Origin: Octopus vulgaris
Taxonomy: Eukaryota
Length of the DNA stretch: 64,000 bases
NCBI GenBank assembly: GCA_951406725.2
Contig: OX597825.1
Span: forward strand, 61,938,001 to 62,002,000
Reading direction: 5' to 3'
Shown here: positions 50,464 to 63,923 of the stretch, piece by piece
Position numbering within the stretch: the stretch's first letter is position 1
Layout of the letters: every line of letters starts with the position of its first letter
Made by a program: the position numbers and the translations under genes
The notes under the pieces: model-generated
The model's input: only the letters and a program-made list of their open reading frames with translations
The model's database searches: none
What the model was told of the DNA's origin: nothing

Positions 50464-51073
50464 TGTTGTGTCTGGAGAGAGTCATTTTCTTTTTGTGCCT
50501 TATAATGTAACACACACACCAGTAAAAATTTCCACTTATTCCTTATTTTTGTTTTTATATTTATTTTATTTTTATTTTTATAAAAATAAGGAATAAGTGG
50601 AAATTTTACTGGTGAGTGTGTTACATTTCCATTTATTCCTTAATTTTTATTTTTATTTTTATTTTTATTTTTATTTTTATAAAAATAAGAAATAAGTGGA
50701 AATTTTACTGGTGAGTGTGTTACATTTCCATTTATTCCTTATTTTTATTTTTATATTTATTTTTATTTTTATTTTTATAAAAATAAGAAATAAGTGGAAA
50801 TTTTACTGGTGAGTGTGTTACATTTCCATTTATTCCTTATTTTTATTTTTATATTTATTTTTATTTTTATTTTTATAAAAATAAGAAATAAGTGGAAATT
50901 TTACTGGTGAGTGTGTTACATTTCCATTTATTCCTTATTTTTATTTTTATATTTATTTTTATTTTTTATTTTTATTTTTATTTTTATAAAAATAAGGAAT
51001 AAGTGGAAATTTTACTGGTGAGAGTGTTACATTATAAGGCACAAAAAGAAAATGACTCTCCACAGACACAACA
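50464..51073. repeat. Palindrome enclosing five tandem ~98-111-bp hairpin units
   Basis: Left arm 50464-50550 is inverted at 50988-51073; unit aaaaataag(g/a)aataagtggaaattttactggtgag starts at 50582, 50681, 50779, 50877, 50988. Confidence 0.9.
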
Positions 51074-51462
51074 TGATAATTAATATACTGAATAAGTTTG
51101 TAAATTATTACTCAAGACAAATCAGGAATTTGTGGTACAAATACAAAGAACACAATATATTGGTCTGTAACATAATCAGTTGGCCATATATTCTTATTAG
51201 GTTAACACTGTATTGAGTTAGTACTACATAATAATGATCCAGAAGAATGAGAGGTAAAAACCAATTATGGTATTTCAGTTGAGAATTCTGAGTGTAAAAG
51301 GACATAATTGAATATTTCCATGCATTAAGACCTTTTGTTTACTGTCCTTCATCTGGTTATTCCAATTGTTCCATCTACCGCCCTTTTAGTAAATATTATG
51401 ATGATTAATGAGAAGTCAAAGAGCAATATCGCTAAATGGTCACTACTGCATTAACTTAATGC

Positions 51463-51687
51463 AGTGTGTATATAAGTCTATATGCATACATAGGGAAATA
51501 CACAAACATACATGCAAACACACACATGCACATACACACATATATATGCATGTATGTATGTATGTATGTATGTATGTATGTATGTATGTATGTATATATA
51601 TGTATATATATATATATATATATATGTATAAATATATATGTATATATATGTATATATATATATATACACACATATATATATATATAT

Positions 51688-51728
<41 letters not shown>

Positions 51729-51848
51729 CATACATACATACATACATACATACGTACATATATATGAATGTGTGTGTATGTGCATGTGTGTGTTTGCATG
51801 TATGTGTTTGTATTTGCCTATGTATGGATATAGACTTATATACACACT
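51463..51848. repeat. 386-bp palindrome centred on a (TA)n-rich tract
   Basis: agtgtgtatataagtctatatgcatacatagggaaatac... versus ...gtatttgcctatgtatggatatagacttatatacacact. Confidence 0.85.
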
Positions 51849-53021
51849 CATGTATGTACACACATACACACACACACACACACACATGCATTTATGCTGA
51901 ACAGTTACATTATAATTATATATTGCAATTTTTAGATTAATGGCACTGATGCCAATGATAAAATTTGACACTGTTTCCATGTTCCCATGATATTGGAGAA
52001 AATCTTATTTTCTTCATTTAACCCCGAAAATACCATTTTCTATTTATTTTGTTTTCCGAGCTAAATCCTTTCTATTTTAAGATATTCAGCATTTCTTAAG
52101 AATTGACTGAGAACGCAATCAACATGTGAGGCTAATGAACCCCAGCTCAGTAATCTGAAAGATATTTTATACAAGAGATTCTTGAAGGGACTATATTGGT
52201 ATGGTTCTTCCAGATATTTATCAAATCCTATATAATGCTGAATAAGTATATCAATTGAGTTAGTATTTGTTGAAATTTGATTAAGTCAATTGATATTCAG
52301 ATCTAATTGTCTTAATAGCTTGCAGTGGGCAAACAGTACCTGCAGCTGTCAGCCGCTAAAATATCATTTCAATTCCTCACCCTGGTGTCAAAATCAACTA
52401 ATTAGCTGATGAAATTATCTCTGAGATACCATTAAATTAAATAAACTCTCCCAACTCTCTAATTAAAACTAAAACAGCAGTTCTGTAGCTGTGAGGATAA
52501 GGTGCAAAACTACTGACCATAAGATTGTCAGTTCTAATTCCCTTTTGTTTAAAAAAAAGCACATCATCATCATCACCATCATCATCATCATCGCCATTAG
52601 TATTATTATTGCTATTGTTGTTATTATTGTTGTTGTTGAAGCAATCACAAAAATCTCTAAAGCTTAACTTGACATCTCGGGGAAAGTCATTGCCTAGATT
52701 GTTCTGCATCGCATGAAATGTGTCATGATGCATCAAAACAATTTGAGTTGAAGGAAAAAACAAACAAACAATAAAAGAACCATATCCTGCAATCAACAGA
52801 TGCATTTGCCCAATTCCAGGCAAAATCAAAATCACCATTTTCCTCATTGCACCTTCATACCAAAATCCATACCCGAAGTCAGATTACATTCAAGCATCCA
52901 TCATAAGTAGATGCAGCTTCTTGTTTTTCTTTTATTTTTGAAAACTGTTTTCTCCTTCTCTCATCTTTCCTTTTAATTCTCTCCTTCAATGACTCATACA
53001 TCGAAATCAATGGGAGCAACC

Positions 53022-53059
<38 letters not shown>

Positions 53060-53082
53060 TATTATTATTATTATTATTATTA

Positions 53083-53520
53083 TTGAGTGAGAGACCAGTG
53101 CATGCCATCAAAGTGACACTAGGGTAAAATATACGAAGCCCACTATACCCATCATGACTACCCATCTGATAAGGGTACACCAGGCACATGCATCACAATA
53201 TGTGCATGACATGGTGATCTCATATCAAGATAAACAGCACATGACCTTGCAGGTGGGGCCCAGTTAGAATTTTCTTCTGGTCGAGTAACCCATCCTGCTC
53301 AAAAGGTCCCTGAATAAGTGTTGCTTAAGGATGTTGAATGAAACACCCATGTTTCCAGAGGTGAATTATTCAAACACAAAGAATCCCTCCCAACACATGG
53401 CTATGATGCTCCCCCACTACTACTACTCGTGATCAGAGATGCACATATCGTCAGCCACTAAGGGACATGCTCAACTGGTTAAGGTCAAACAACTGACAAG
53501 CAAATCTGTGGTTTTCATCA
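53083..53520. mobile_element. Interspersed repeat embedded in (TAA)n/(TTA)n; possibly the 3' end of a microsatellite-targeting LINE (R4/Dong-like)
   Basis: GC-elevated ~440-bp block flanked by (TTA)n on both sides; class is inference only. Confidence 0.4.
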
Positions 53521-54499
53521 TTATTATTATTATGCTCCCTCTGACCAAGGTTCTAGTTGGTCAGCCAGACTTCGTCGTCATCAAAGTGACTACTTGGTTG
53601 AGTCGTCAATGACTGTGACTAACACATTTTTCTTTGGGGTATGCTTGCTTTTATAACAATCCAGAAGGATAGACATATCATTGAGAACAATAGATTTAGT
53701 TGGTGGTCTTGTTATTCTAGCTTTTGGTGAAGTAGAAGAGGTTAGAAAGGGTGAAGTGGTGAAGACATTATTTCGGCCTAGATAAAGGCATCTGTAAAAT
53801 GTAAAACTGCTGTCAGACAAAAACCATTATTCCACCGTGGGAAAATTTCTGCTGCAGTGTTAATTTAAATTTGATTGTGGTGGATCGAATCCACTTCGTG
53901 CTTGCAAGATCCACTACATATTCAAAAGCCATCAATGTGGGCAGAACTAGAGGTAGAGTCTGTTGACAGGGCATGTTAACAAATATTACTGTCTATAGCT
54001 CAGCATTTTCCATGCACTGCAAAGAATATAAGCATTTCTTGTGTCATACTCCCATGCATGCATGCACACGCACACACATACACACACACATACACATGCA
54101 CACACACAGATATATACACACTCAATATTCCACAGTCCAGTGACTGCAACAAGTAAAAGAAAATAACAAAAGAAAATACATATTCACACACACACATACA
54201 CACACGTGCGTGCACACACAGATACACACAAGCACACACAAACAGAGATATACACACATACACTTCTCCATAGTCTAGAGACTGAAACAGGTAATTGAAT
54301 AAAATAACTAAAGAATATACATATTTACGCACACACACACATGCACCACACACACACATACACTCACACGCACACACACACACACACACACATACACTCA
54401 CACGCACACACACACACACTTTGACATGGTACATATGTATAGGTATAAATGTATAAGTAAGTTTTGAATGGTTTACTCAAACAAATCAACTCCAATATT

Positions 54500-54830
54500 T
54501 AAGTTTACTTGTTTTTTTGGTTTTAGAAGACTGATTCTTATTCTAACAATCTCTTAGGCTGACCTGTTAAGTTACAGGGGACATAAACAAACCAACACCA
54601 GTTGTCAAGTGGTGGTGGTGTTGGTGGTGGGGGCTCAAAAGCAGACACAACGATGCACACACATACGTACATATACAATGGGCTTCATTCAGTTTCCATC
54701 TACAAAATCCACTCATAAAGCTTTAGTTGGCATGGGGTTTCATAGAAGGTGACACTTGCCCAAGGCGCTGAGCAGAGAGAGTGAACCTGGAACCATGTGG
54801 TTGAAAAATAAAATACTTCTTACCACACAC
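54500..54830 (-). mobile_element. SINE-A, old copy
   Basis: taagttacaggggacataaac...gggcttcattcagtttccatctac...gacacttgcccaagg. Confidence 0.75.
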
Positions 54831-55062
54831 ACACACTGGATTTACATATACTTTCTATCAATCAATTTCACTCACATGGCATTAGTCAGCCTGAGACTCC
54901 AGTATTAATCATCCAACAAATGTGTCACACAATGAGATGGAAATGAAGTCCATATGTTAACTAAGTGAATTCTGTTTCAATACGTTGAAATCTTGCGACA
55001 CAAAGCAATATTCACACGAGTCATTGACTTCCAATGTTTTGTTACATAAAGTCTTGTGAATA

Positions 55063-55233
55063 GGCTTAGGAGTGGCTGTGTGATAAGTAGCTTGCTTACC
55101 AACCACACAGTTCTGGGTTCAGTCCCACTGCGTGGAACCTTGGGCAAATGTCTTCTACTATAGCCTCGGGCCGACCGAAGCCTTGTGAATGGATTTGGTA
55201 GACGGAAACTGAAAGAAGCCCGTTGTCTATATG

Positions 55234-55270
<37 letters not shown>

Positions 55271-55487
55271 ATATGTTTGTGTGTCTGTGTTTTTCCCTCC
55301 AACATCGCTTGACCAACGATGCTGGTGTGTTTACGTCCTCGTAACTTAGCAGTTCGGCAAAGATACTGATAAAATAAGTACTAGGCTTACAAAGAAAAGT
55401 CCTGGGGGTGATTTGCTCGACTAAAGGTGGTGCTCCAGCATGGCCATAGTCAAATGACTGAAACAAGTAAAAGAGTAAAAAGAGTAA
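55063..55487 (+). mobile_element. SINE-A, full length
   Basis: ggcttaggagtggctgtgtgataag...caaatgactgaaacaagtaaaagagt. Confidence 0.9.
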
Positions 55488-55937
55488 TTAGTAATAGTCT
55501 GTAACTAGACTGATTACGAAAGGATAGTGCTGGGTTTGTTATTCCTCACAAAAGCCAGTTAATTTTACCAGAGGAAATGTTAAAATTTAAGGCTATTTGA
55601 AAGAAATCTCCTGATATGTTCCATGAAATATGAGCATTGAAATAGAAATAGCGATAATGATGATGTTGATAGTGTTGGCAGCAGCATTGGTGTTGTTGTT
55701 GTTGGTGGTGGTGTTACGTGTGTGGGAAGGTTGTTTTTGATGGCGACGACGACGACGACAACAGTGATGATGATGATGATGATGATGATGATGACAATGG
55801 TGGTGATGATTTGTGCATGACAACAATAAATGTTAAAACACACACAAAGCAGAATTCCCAAAAATATGATGGATGTAAAAATAGTTAAGAATTATGAAAG
55901 ATATGTAACAGAATTATGAATATTAATTACCGTTCGG

Positions 55938-55971
<34 letters not shown>

Positions 55972-57167
55972 GACAAAAAGAAAAAGAGAAGAAAACAACA
56001 ACAACAACAACAAAAAAGAACAAAAGCAAAATATAACAATATATATTTTATTTAGTTTCTCCTCTTCGTATGCCAGTAATCACGTTATTGATTTAAGTTT
56101 TATGAATCTGGAATATTTAAAGCCATTTCTTTCAGAGATCAATATTTAGCATGATCTGGAATTATGATTTACTACAATTAAATGTGAAAGGAGCTGCGAA
56201 TAACTGAGGATGCTATGCCATAAAGATGATTGGCTGTAACAAGGAAGTTTTAAGTAAACACAAACTTAGCGTGAGATATAACATATTAATGAATATTTAG
56301 TTAACATTAATTCAGGAGGAAGGAAAAAAAAAAAGACGAGGAAGGAAAAGGAATGTTCTTGGAATACATATAACTGAAGCACAATCTAATTCAGAAAAAA
56401 GAAAAACAACCTAAAAGCTTCAGAATTATTGGCATGATATATTATTAAATAGAAGCTGAGTTTTACTAGAGGACAATTGTTGAATATTATTTTATCTGAT
56501 TAGTTCAATGAGCAAGGAGAATTCCTAAGGAAAATGGAAAATAAAAAAAAAAAAAAAAATTAAGAATGAAGAATTTATGTTATCTATCTGAAAGATGAGA
56601 GCTGTGTATTCTTGAATTGTGCTTGGCTGCACCAATTTTTGACCATTGCTACAAAGCGATTGCAAATATCTGAGTAAACTATATCTTTTTTACGCTAAAA
56701 TTAACTGGAAGGCTTTCTCGTGGATAAATGTTACGCTGTGATTAACAAGTTTTGTTATGAGAGAATATGAGCTGACAATGTTTTTGTGTGTGATTCAGTT
56801 GCTATCTAGTATTTTCACATACCACTCTAAAGAATAAAGAATTCTAATGAAATGTATTTCAGCTATGACAAAAATGGAACATTTGAAAAGAGATGCATTC
56901 CCTCTTTCTGGGACATGGTTAATATCAATGCAGGTTTTGCTTGAATTGTAACAGTTGCCATGCACATAGGTGGAATATTATGCAGTTAACCAGTGAACTG
57001 TTTGAAATCTATTCTTAAATGAGAGAAACATCAAAGAAACTATAGAAATACTGAGTTGTGCATTCCAAGTGTTTTGGAAACTCATACGAAGAAAATAGCT
57101 TTATTCTGTTTATTGATTTGGAAAGAATGGAATATAAAGTGAAATAAAGCACAAAATAATAGTGATG

Positions 57168-57212
<45 letters not shown>

Positions 57213-57215
57213 GTA

Positions 57216-57249
<34 letters not shown>

Positions 57250-58426
57250 TAATAATAATAAGATAGATAAATAAATAAATGCTATTTATCATCTCTTAAG
57301 TTTGCAGAGTAGATTTTCCAATTGAAACAGTCGTCCTAAAGCATATCTTTAAAAGTCAGAGAATTTCTAAAACACTGGTAAATTCTTCAGGCTTTCTATT
57401 GATTAAAACGCAAAAGAAGCCAAAATCATCAAACCTGAGCACACACACACAGATGCATGCACGTGTACACACACATACACAAGTATGCACGAACACACTC
57501 AAGCACATTCTTGCCAGGGTTGTTGTTTTTTTTTTTGGAAGAAACGGCCAACAGCATTAATGTGAAAATAATGCATTAATTCTTTCGAAATTATTAAAAC
57601 TTATAACAAAAGTTAGGTGTAAAAAAATAGTAAACAAGTTTACAGAGTGCTAGCTTGCTGTTCGCAAATATCAGTGAATGTCTATTGTATAAATTCAGTA
57701 TTATGTCTTGCTATGTCACTCTGAACTATACATATATCTCATAGAAATATTAATGAATTCGTTTATTAACAAGTACTTGAAGAAATCCTTTGAACAAATA
57801 TAGATATTAAAAATAAATTATTAAAGGAAAATCACGAATATGAAAAATATTTTCAAATAATTGTTAATATATCGACAACAGGTAAACAAAAGCCTTAATA
57901 TATTTACAATTGGAAATTAAAACAATGTAAATGAATAAACATACTTCTTGCCTCAGACTTCAAAACTTTATAGAAATATGAAAATATATACACACACATG
58001 CAGGTGTGTATGAGTATGCATTCGTATTTATTTATTTAATAGTGCTCTTCTTAGAAAGAAAATGTTTGTAGCAACAAAGCAAACGTTCCATTACTACAAT
58101 CTGGATAATATCAGCCAAAATTATTTCATAGTAAAATTTAAGAAAGTCTTGTATACTTTTACTGTTCTTCTGCAGGTTGTAGCTGTTAAGACTGTGTTGA
58201 CCGATCTCTTTTCATAAGTGCACTAATGATTGGAATGTGTAACAAAATTTCTATTTTTTTCTTTTATCTTTGGCCAGTAAGTGTTATTGCCTATTTGCTT
58301 CTATATAGAAATCAAAGGAAATGGCTACTATTCCCTTCAAACTTTGCTTTGTGACCTGGACATCAATGTTTTTAAACTGACTGATTTTTCCATTACATTT
58401 CAGATAAATTCACCATTAAGTTGCTG

Positions 58427-58558
58427 AAGTTTCCATCTACCAAATCCACTCAAAAGGCTTTAGTTGGCCCGAGGCTTTAATAGAAGACACCAGTGGGACT
58501 GAACCTGGAACCATGTGGTTCATAAGCAAGCTACTTACCACACAGCCACTCCTATGTC
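58427..58558 (-). mobile_element. SINE-A 5' half
   Basis: agtttccatctaccaaatccactc...ttaccacacagccactcct. Confidence 0.8.
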
Positions 58559-58817
58559 TATAATACTTAATTGTCCTATACGCCTATATTACTTAATTAT
58601 AATACTTAATTCTCAGTTGTTTCTATTTAATAATTTTCATTTAAACACATTTTGTGTGATGAGTGTCATTAAGTATTCTGGTTGGGAAGGTCAAGTACAA
58701 ACATTAGTTATCCCCTTACACTCAAGAATTAAGAGTAGAATTATGTACCATCATAGGTATCCCGTGCTCATGTACACTGGGTTTTAGAGAAACAGCTCTC
58801 CATTTATTATACATGCT

Positions 58818-58995
58818 AGGCACAGGCATGGCTCTAGGGTTAAGATGCTTACTTCCCATCGATGTCGTTTTGGATTCAGTCTCACTTTGTGGTACCTTAT
58901 GCATCTTCTGCTGTAGCCTTGGGCCAACCAAACCCTTGTTAGTGGATTTTGTAGAAAGAAACTGATTGTGTGTATTCACATATGTATGTGTGTGT
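58818..58995 (+). mobile_element. SINE-A 5' half, old
   Basis: ggcacaggcatggct...tagccttgggccaaccaaacccttgttagtggattt. Confidence 0.7.
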
Positions 58996-60149
58996 GTGTT
59001 AGTGAGTTAGTAGTTGACATTTTTCTCTGCATGTGTATTCAGAACATCTAAACATTGATGGTGTCATTTGCTTACAAACTACTGTGAAAGCACACATGGG
59101 CTTTTGACATGGTTTGACATAGCTTGACATGGCCTGACATGTTGCATAATCTTTGAGAATAAAATTCTCATTCATATTGTGCTGTTTGCTTCCATTTCTC
59201 TGCATAATCGTGTCTGATATATTTGTTATTCAATAAACTGGAAAATTATTTCTTCAATTGGAAACCAGTGTGGTTGGCACCAAGAAAAGCATCTAGCCAG
59301 AGAAAACACTTTCCTAACATATGCTCATCTGATACTCATGCAAGCATGGAAAAGTAGATATGAACATGATGATAATATAATGATAATATATAGATGATGA
59401 ACAACATTATTAGATGACAATTTCTGAAGTTTGAATAATAAACTTAGTTTTCAATTGACTCTTGAAATATCATGACAACGAACACCCAAAAATACAATTG
59501 AACTCTCAACCCTTTATTTATGTAACACTTGAAGTGGTAGCAAGAATGGTGATATAATGAAAGAAAGAGGGAGAGGTAATTATATCTAATTAATACCATG
59601 AAAAGTTACTGGGACTGACAAATCTATTTCATGTGCATATGTTTTGAATTTACCTTACTGATTACTTCTTGATTACTTGTAGTTCCCTCTGCACATAAAT
59701 GTGAATACAAGGGAGATACCTGTCTCATTTCAACACAAAGGAAGATTAAAACTTTTGAATTTGTAATTAAAGAATAAATGGAAGAAGAGTTTATGTTCTT
59801 ACTTAAAGTTTATTACCTGTTACAAAAATTTTAGAGTTGGTGGTGAACAAACATGGTTTTATTTCATTCTTTTTAAAAGCCTTCAGCATGATTTAATCTG
59901 TAACCTATTAATTATAAAGAAAGACAATGAGAGACAATCATTAAAGTGAGGATGAAATTATTTACAATCTGGAGGAAATACATGGATCATGTTTTGTTTT
60001 TTCTGTCATAGAAAATGATAATTTAGAAATTTAGTAAAATAATGTTCTTAATGTTTACACACAGGGTAATATATGACTTCACATATCTGTTGCACTCCAA
60101 CCAGGTTTTCTTTATTTGTAGTTGCTTATTTTGTATTTTATTGTGCTGT

Positions 60150-60310
60150 GATAGTATTTTGTCTGTCTTTACATTCTGAGTTCAAATTTCACCTAGGTCA
60201 GCTTTGCCTTTCATCATTTTAGGCTCAATAAAAGAAGTACCATCTGAGCACTGGAGTCAATGAAATCAACAAGTTACCTCCTCACCAAATTTCAAATCTT
60301 CTGCTTATAG
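60150..60310 (+). mobile_element. SINE-B, old fragment
   Basis: ttctgagttcaaattt...ctttgcctttcatc...gagcactggagtcaat. Confidence 0.65.
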
Positions 60311-61134
60311 CAGAAAAGGATTTTTATTATTATTACTAATATTTTTTATCCTTATTCCTATTCTCTCATAATTATATTTCTGTTTTTAGGCAAGAAACAC
60401 ATTTTTTATTGAGAAGTTACCAAAAAGAAATATTTATAACTAAATGAAAGTCAGAAACTAAGAGACAGAGAAAAATATATTATTTCTTTAGTAAACAAAT
60501 CGATTTGTTGTTTTGATGGAAATATTACAAAACTTTGAGGCTGTTTAGTTTATTGCATGTTTATAACCTGATATTATTAAACCATACTAATAAGCTTCTT
60601 TGAGAAGAAAAAGCTTTAAACATATTTTTCAAAAAGTTTTATTTATTCAATTATTTAATTTGGTTGGTTTTCTCTTTCAATAAAATTTATTTTTGAGGCA
60701 GGATTTTCCTTGAGAAAAATTCATTATATTTTTGCCTGCCTGAATTTTCTACAAAAATCTTCTTATCTCTCACTTTACCGTTCCAGTTTATTCCTTCTGT
60801 CTTCTAAACTTACCTTCTATTTTTATGTTGTCTTTACCTTAATTTATTATCAAATTATCTGATGCACAAAGCATTACTGTGTATGAGTATGTGTGTGTGC
60901 TGTGTATTGTGTTTATATACATATGTGTATAGATATACAATAGATTTAGATAAACATGTATACACACACAGATATATGAACAGATATATATATATATATA
61001 TGCATATATATATGTACATATATGTATATATTTATACATACATACATGTATATATATATATGCTAGCATGGAGAACGGACGTTAAACGACGATGATGATG
61101 TATGTACGTATGTATGTATGTATGTATGTGTGTG

Positions 61135-61166
<32 letters not shown>

Positions 61167-61691
61167 TATAGATATATATATATACACATATATACATCCA
61201 TACGTGTGTCTATATATATATCTCAATAGATCTGAGGCAGAAAATGAAATTCCCGAAATTCTTTATACAAAACCTCTACAATTGTTTTGACTTTCCTTGC
61301 ACCCGTAGATCATAGGTAAGATGCTGTGCAGTTAATTATCTTGCATCATAGATGCAGAATGCGCATACTCAGATGACTTTTAAGTATGCTCCTTGTCATT
61401 ATCTTCTTACCATTTCACTTTGTCTTATAATGTATAGTTGTATAGATGTGCAAACCAAGCAGTTCAGACAAAAACTACCCATGGAATCATTGAGGTACAA
61501 GATACACTTACAGATTTCTTAACCACATAGCCATTCCTGCCATGCCTTCATTCATTAAAAAATCAAAGCATACATTGTATAAAGACATCACTTAAAATGA
61601 TTTGGTCATCACGGCTTCAGTGATGACTTTTATCATATTGGCCTGCTCTATCAGTGTTTACTTGAGGGCAAAACAGCAATACTAACAAATA

Positions 61692-62558
61692 CAAGGGGTA
61701 CCCAAAAGAAATCGGAATTTTGCAATATTATTTTATTTACTCAGTTTTACATGTTTACATTTTTATTGCCTTCAAAGTATTCTCCATCTGAAGCAATGCA
61801 TCAATCTAGGTACGTTTTCCACTATTCAAAGCAGTGCTGGAACACTTGCAAAGTGATACCTTTTAACACCTCTGCTGATTTTTCCTTCACCTCTTCTACA
61901 TCTGCAAATTCCATAGCACCAGCTTTCATCACCAGTGCTAACCTCCAAAAAAGGGTCTGGATCAACTTTCAGCTGTTCTTTCAGCTCATGACAGGCTTTT
62001 GATCTTCCGTAAGCAAGTGAGGCATATATTTTGCTGTAACTCTTTTTATTCGCAATTCGTCACTCAATATTCATTGGCAGAAGCTCCAGGACACATCAGT
62101 CATATCAACAAGGTTTGTCAATTGTTTGGTGGGGGTACTCCAAGATCAGTTTGTGAATTTTCATGATGTTTTAATTTGTTCGGAAAGTCAATGGTCATCC
62201 TGAATGAGGTTGGTCTTCAAGCAACAAGTGACCATTCTTAAAGCATGGAAATCACTCATAAGCTTGTGTTTTGCCCATGGCAGTGTCTGTGTAAGCCGTT
62301 TGAAGCATGACAACTGTTTTAGCCACCGTTTTCCCAGTAGAAAACAGAATTTTACTTCAGCCATTGCAAAAATAGATGAACAGGGAAGAAACACTGCAAA
62401 GCAAAGACACACTGCATGACAATACAACAGTAGTCGTCAATACTGGTCAGGAGACTAATGCCTGAGGGTTGCATCAAGTGGCTTCTAGCAGCAGAAGCCT
62501 GAACTATAATGGGTTTGTTCCACAGAGAACATTCCCGGTTACTTTTGGGTAGCTGCTA
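61692..62558 (-). mobile_element. mariner transposon, internally deleted
   Basis: TIRs TA|caaggggtacccaaaagaaatcggaa / ttcccggttacttttgggta; minus-strand peptides KFCFLLGK, RVTAKYMPHLLT (WVPHEL-like), STGDESWCYG, then directly FADVEEVK...CIASDGEYFEG; second and third catalytic D deleted. Confidence 0.9.
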
Positions 62559-62687
62559 TCCCATGAAAACACAGCAATCCAACATTATCAAGGAATTTCA
62601 CTGCCAAATATTTCTGTTGGTAAAAGAACAACAGAACAAAGAAATTTGTTCTTTTTATTCTTGTTATTATTGATGTTCAGACAAAGA

Positions 62688-63065
62688 TGGTTAATTGGTA
62701 GAATTGTTAGCATGCTAAACAAAATGCTTAGTGGCATTTCAGCTGCCTTTTTCCTTTATTTCATTTTATACTCTGAGATCAGATTCTACTAAGGTCAATG
62801 TTGGCTTTCATCCTTTCAGGGTTGATAAAATAACTCCCAGTTGAGCACAAGGGTCAGTATAATCAAGTGGCCCCTACCCACAACATTTCAGGTCTTGTGT
62901 CTATTAAAAAGGATAATCGATTTTTTGGTAATAAGCTCCCAGAATCGTTGAAGAATCAGAAAAAAATGTATTGTGTTATTTTTTTCATGCTCTTTACATT
63001 CTGAATTCAAATCTGGCTGGAGTCAACTTTGACCTTCATCTCTCTGGCCCAATAAAATAAAGTTA
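62688..63065 (+). mobile_element. Two old SINE-B copies in tandem
   Basis: aaaatgcttagtggcatttc...ggctttcatcctttcagggttgataaaa; second copy ttctgaattcaaatc...gtcaactttgaccttcatc. Confidence 0.65.
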
Positions 63066-63069
63066 GCCA

Positions 63070-63612
63070 GCATAGTTTTGTGCTTCCCAATCACATGGTC
63101 CTGGGTTCAGTCCCACTGCATGGAAACTTGGGCGTGTGTCTTTTGTCAAGGCCTCGAGGTGACCAAAGCCTTGTGAGTGGATTTGGTAGATAGAAACAGA
63201 AAGAAGCCCGTAACTTAGCAGTTCAGCAAAAGAGAATGATGGAATAAGTACTAGGCTTACAAAGAATAAGTCTTGGGGTCGATTTGTTCGACTAGAGGTG
63301 GTGTTCCAGCATGGCTGCAGTCCAATGACTGAAACGAATAAAAGAATATATGTGCATGTGTATGTGTGTGTGTTTGTATATTTCTATCTGCGTTTGTTCC
63401 CCACCACAGCTTGATAACTGGTGCTAGTGCTGGTCTGTTTACGTCCCTGTAGCTTAGCAGTTTAGCAAAATAGACAGGTAGAACAAGTAACTGGATTTTA
63501 AAGAAATAAACAACGGGGGGGGGGGCTGATTCATTTGACTAAGAATTGGAGGCAGTGCTCCAGCATGGCCATAATCTAATAAGCAAAACAAGTGGTAGAT
63601 AAAAGATAAAAG
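63070..63612 (+). mobile_element. SINE-A (middle deleted) followed by an older SINE-A 3' half
   Basis: gggttcagtcccactgc...gaagcccgtaacttagc junction; second tail gtgctccagcatggcc at ~63556. Confidence 0.8.
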
Positions 63613-63629
63613 AAGTTAAGCAATGGATG

Positions 63630-63685
63630 CAGGCACGGAGCCATGGGGAGGGGGTGCTATGGGGTGCTCAGCACCCCCAGTTAGA
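63630..63685 (+). mobile_element. Probable hAT-type MITE end fragment
   Basis: caggcacggagcc...gggggtgctatggggtgctcagcaccccc GC-rich subterminal hairpin. Confidence 0.35.
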
Positions 63686-63892
63686 ATCTGTAATTGTTGT
63701 TGCAGAATTGGCTACTGACCCAACTATGGATTGAATTAAGGAGTGGCTGACGCTGGGTCAGTTGTTGTTGTTGTTGTGGTCATGGTGGCGATGGCGTCGG
63801 TGGTGCTGGTGATTGTCGTTGTTGCTGTTGAAAAGTATGTGAAGAATTGTTGCTGTAGTTAGAGATTTATGGTAATAAATGCATCACTACAC

Positions 63893-63923
<31 letters not shown>

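Noticed and set aside
50582-51030. CRISPR-like array of palindromic repeats (also 14932-14997)
   Set aside because: Spacers are identical or low-complexity, the context is eukaryotic, and there are no cas genes
61301-61311. acccgtagatc match to the miR-100 5' end
   Set aside because: Only 11 nt match, the 3' half differs, and there is no precursor hairpin
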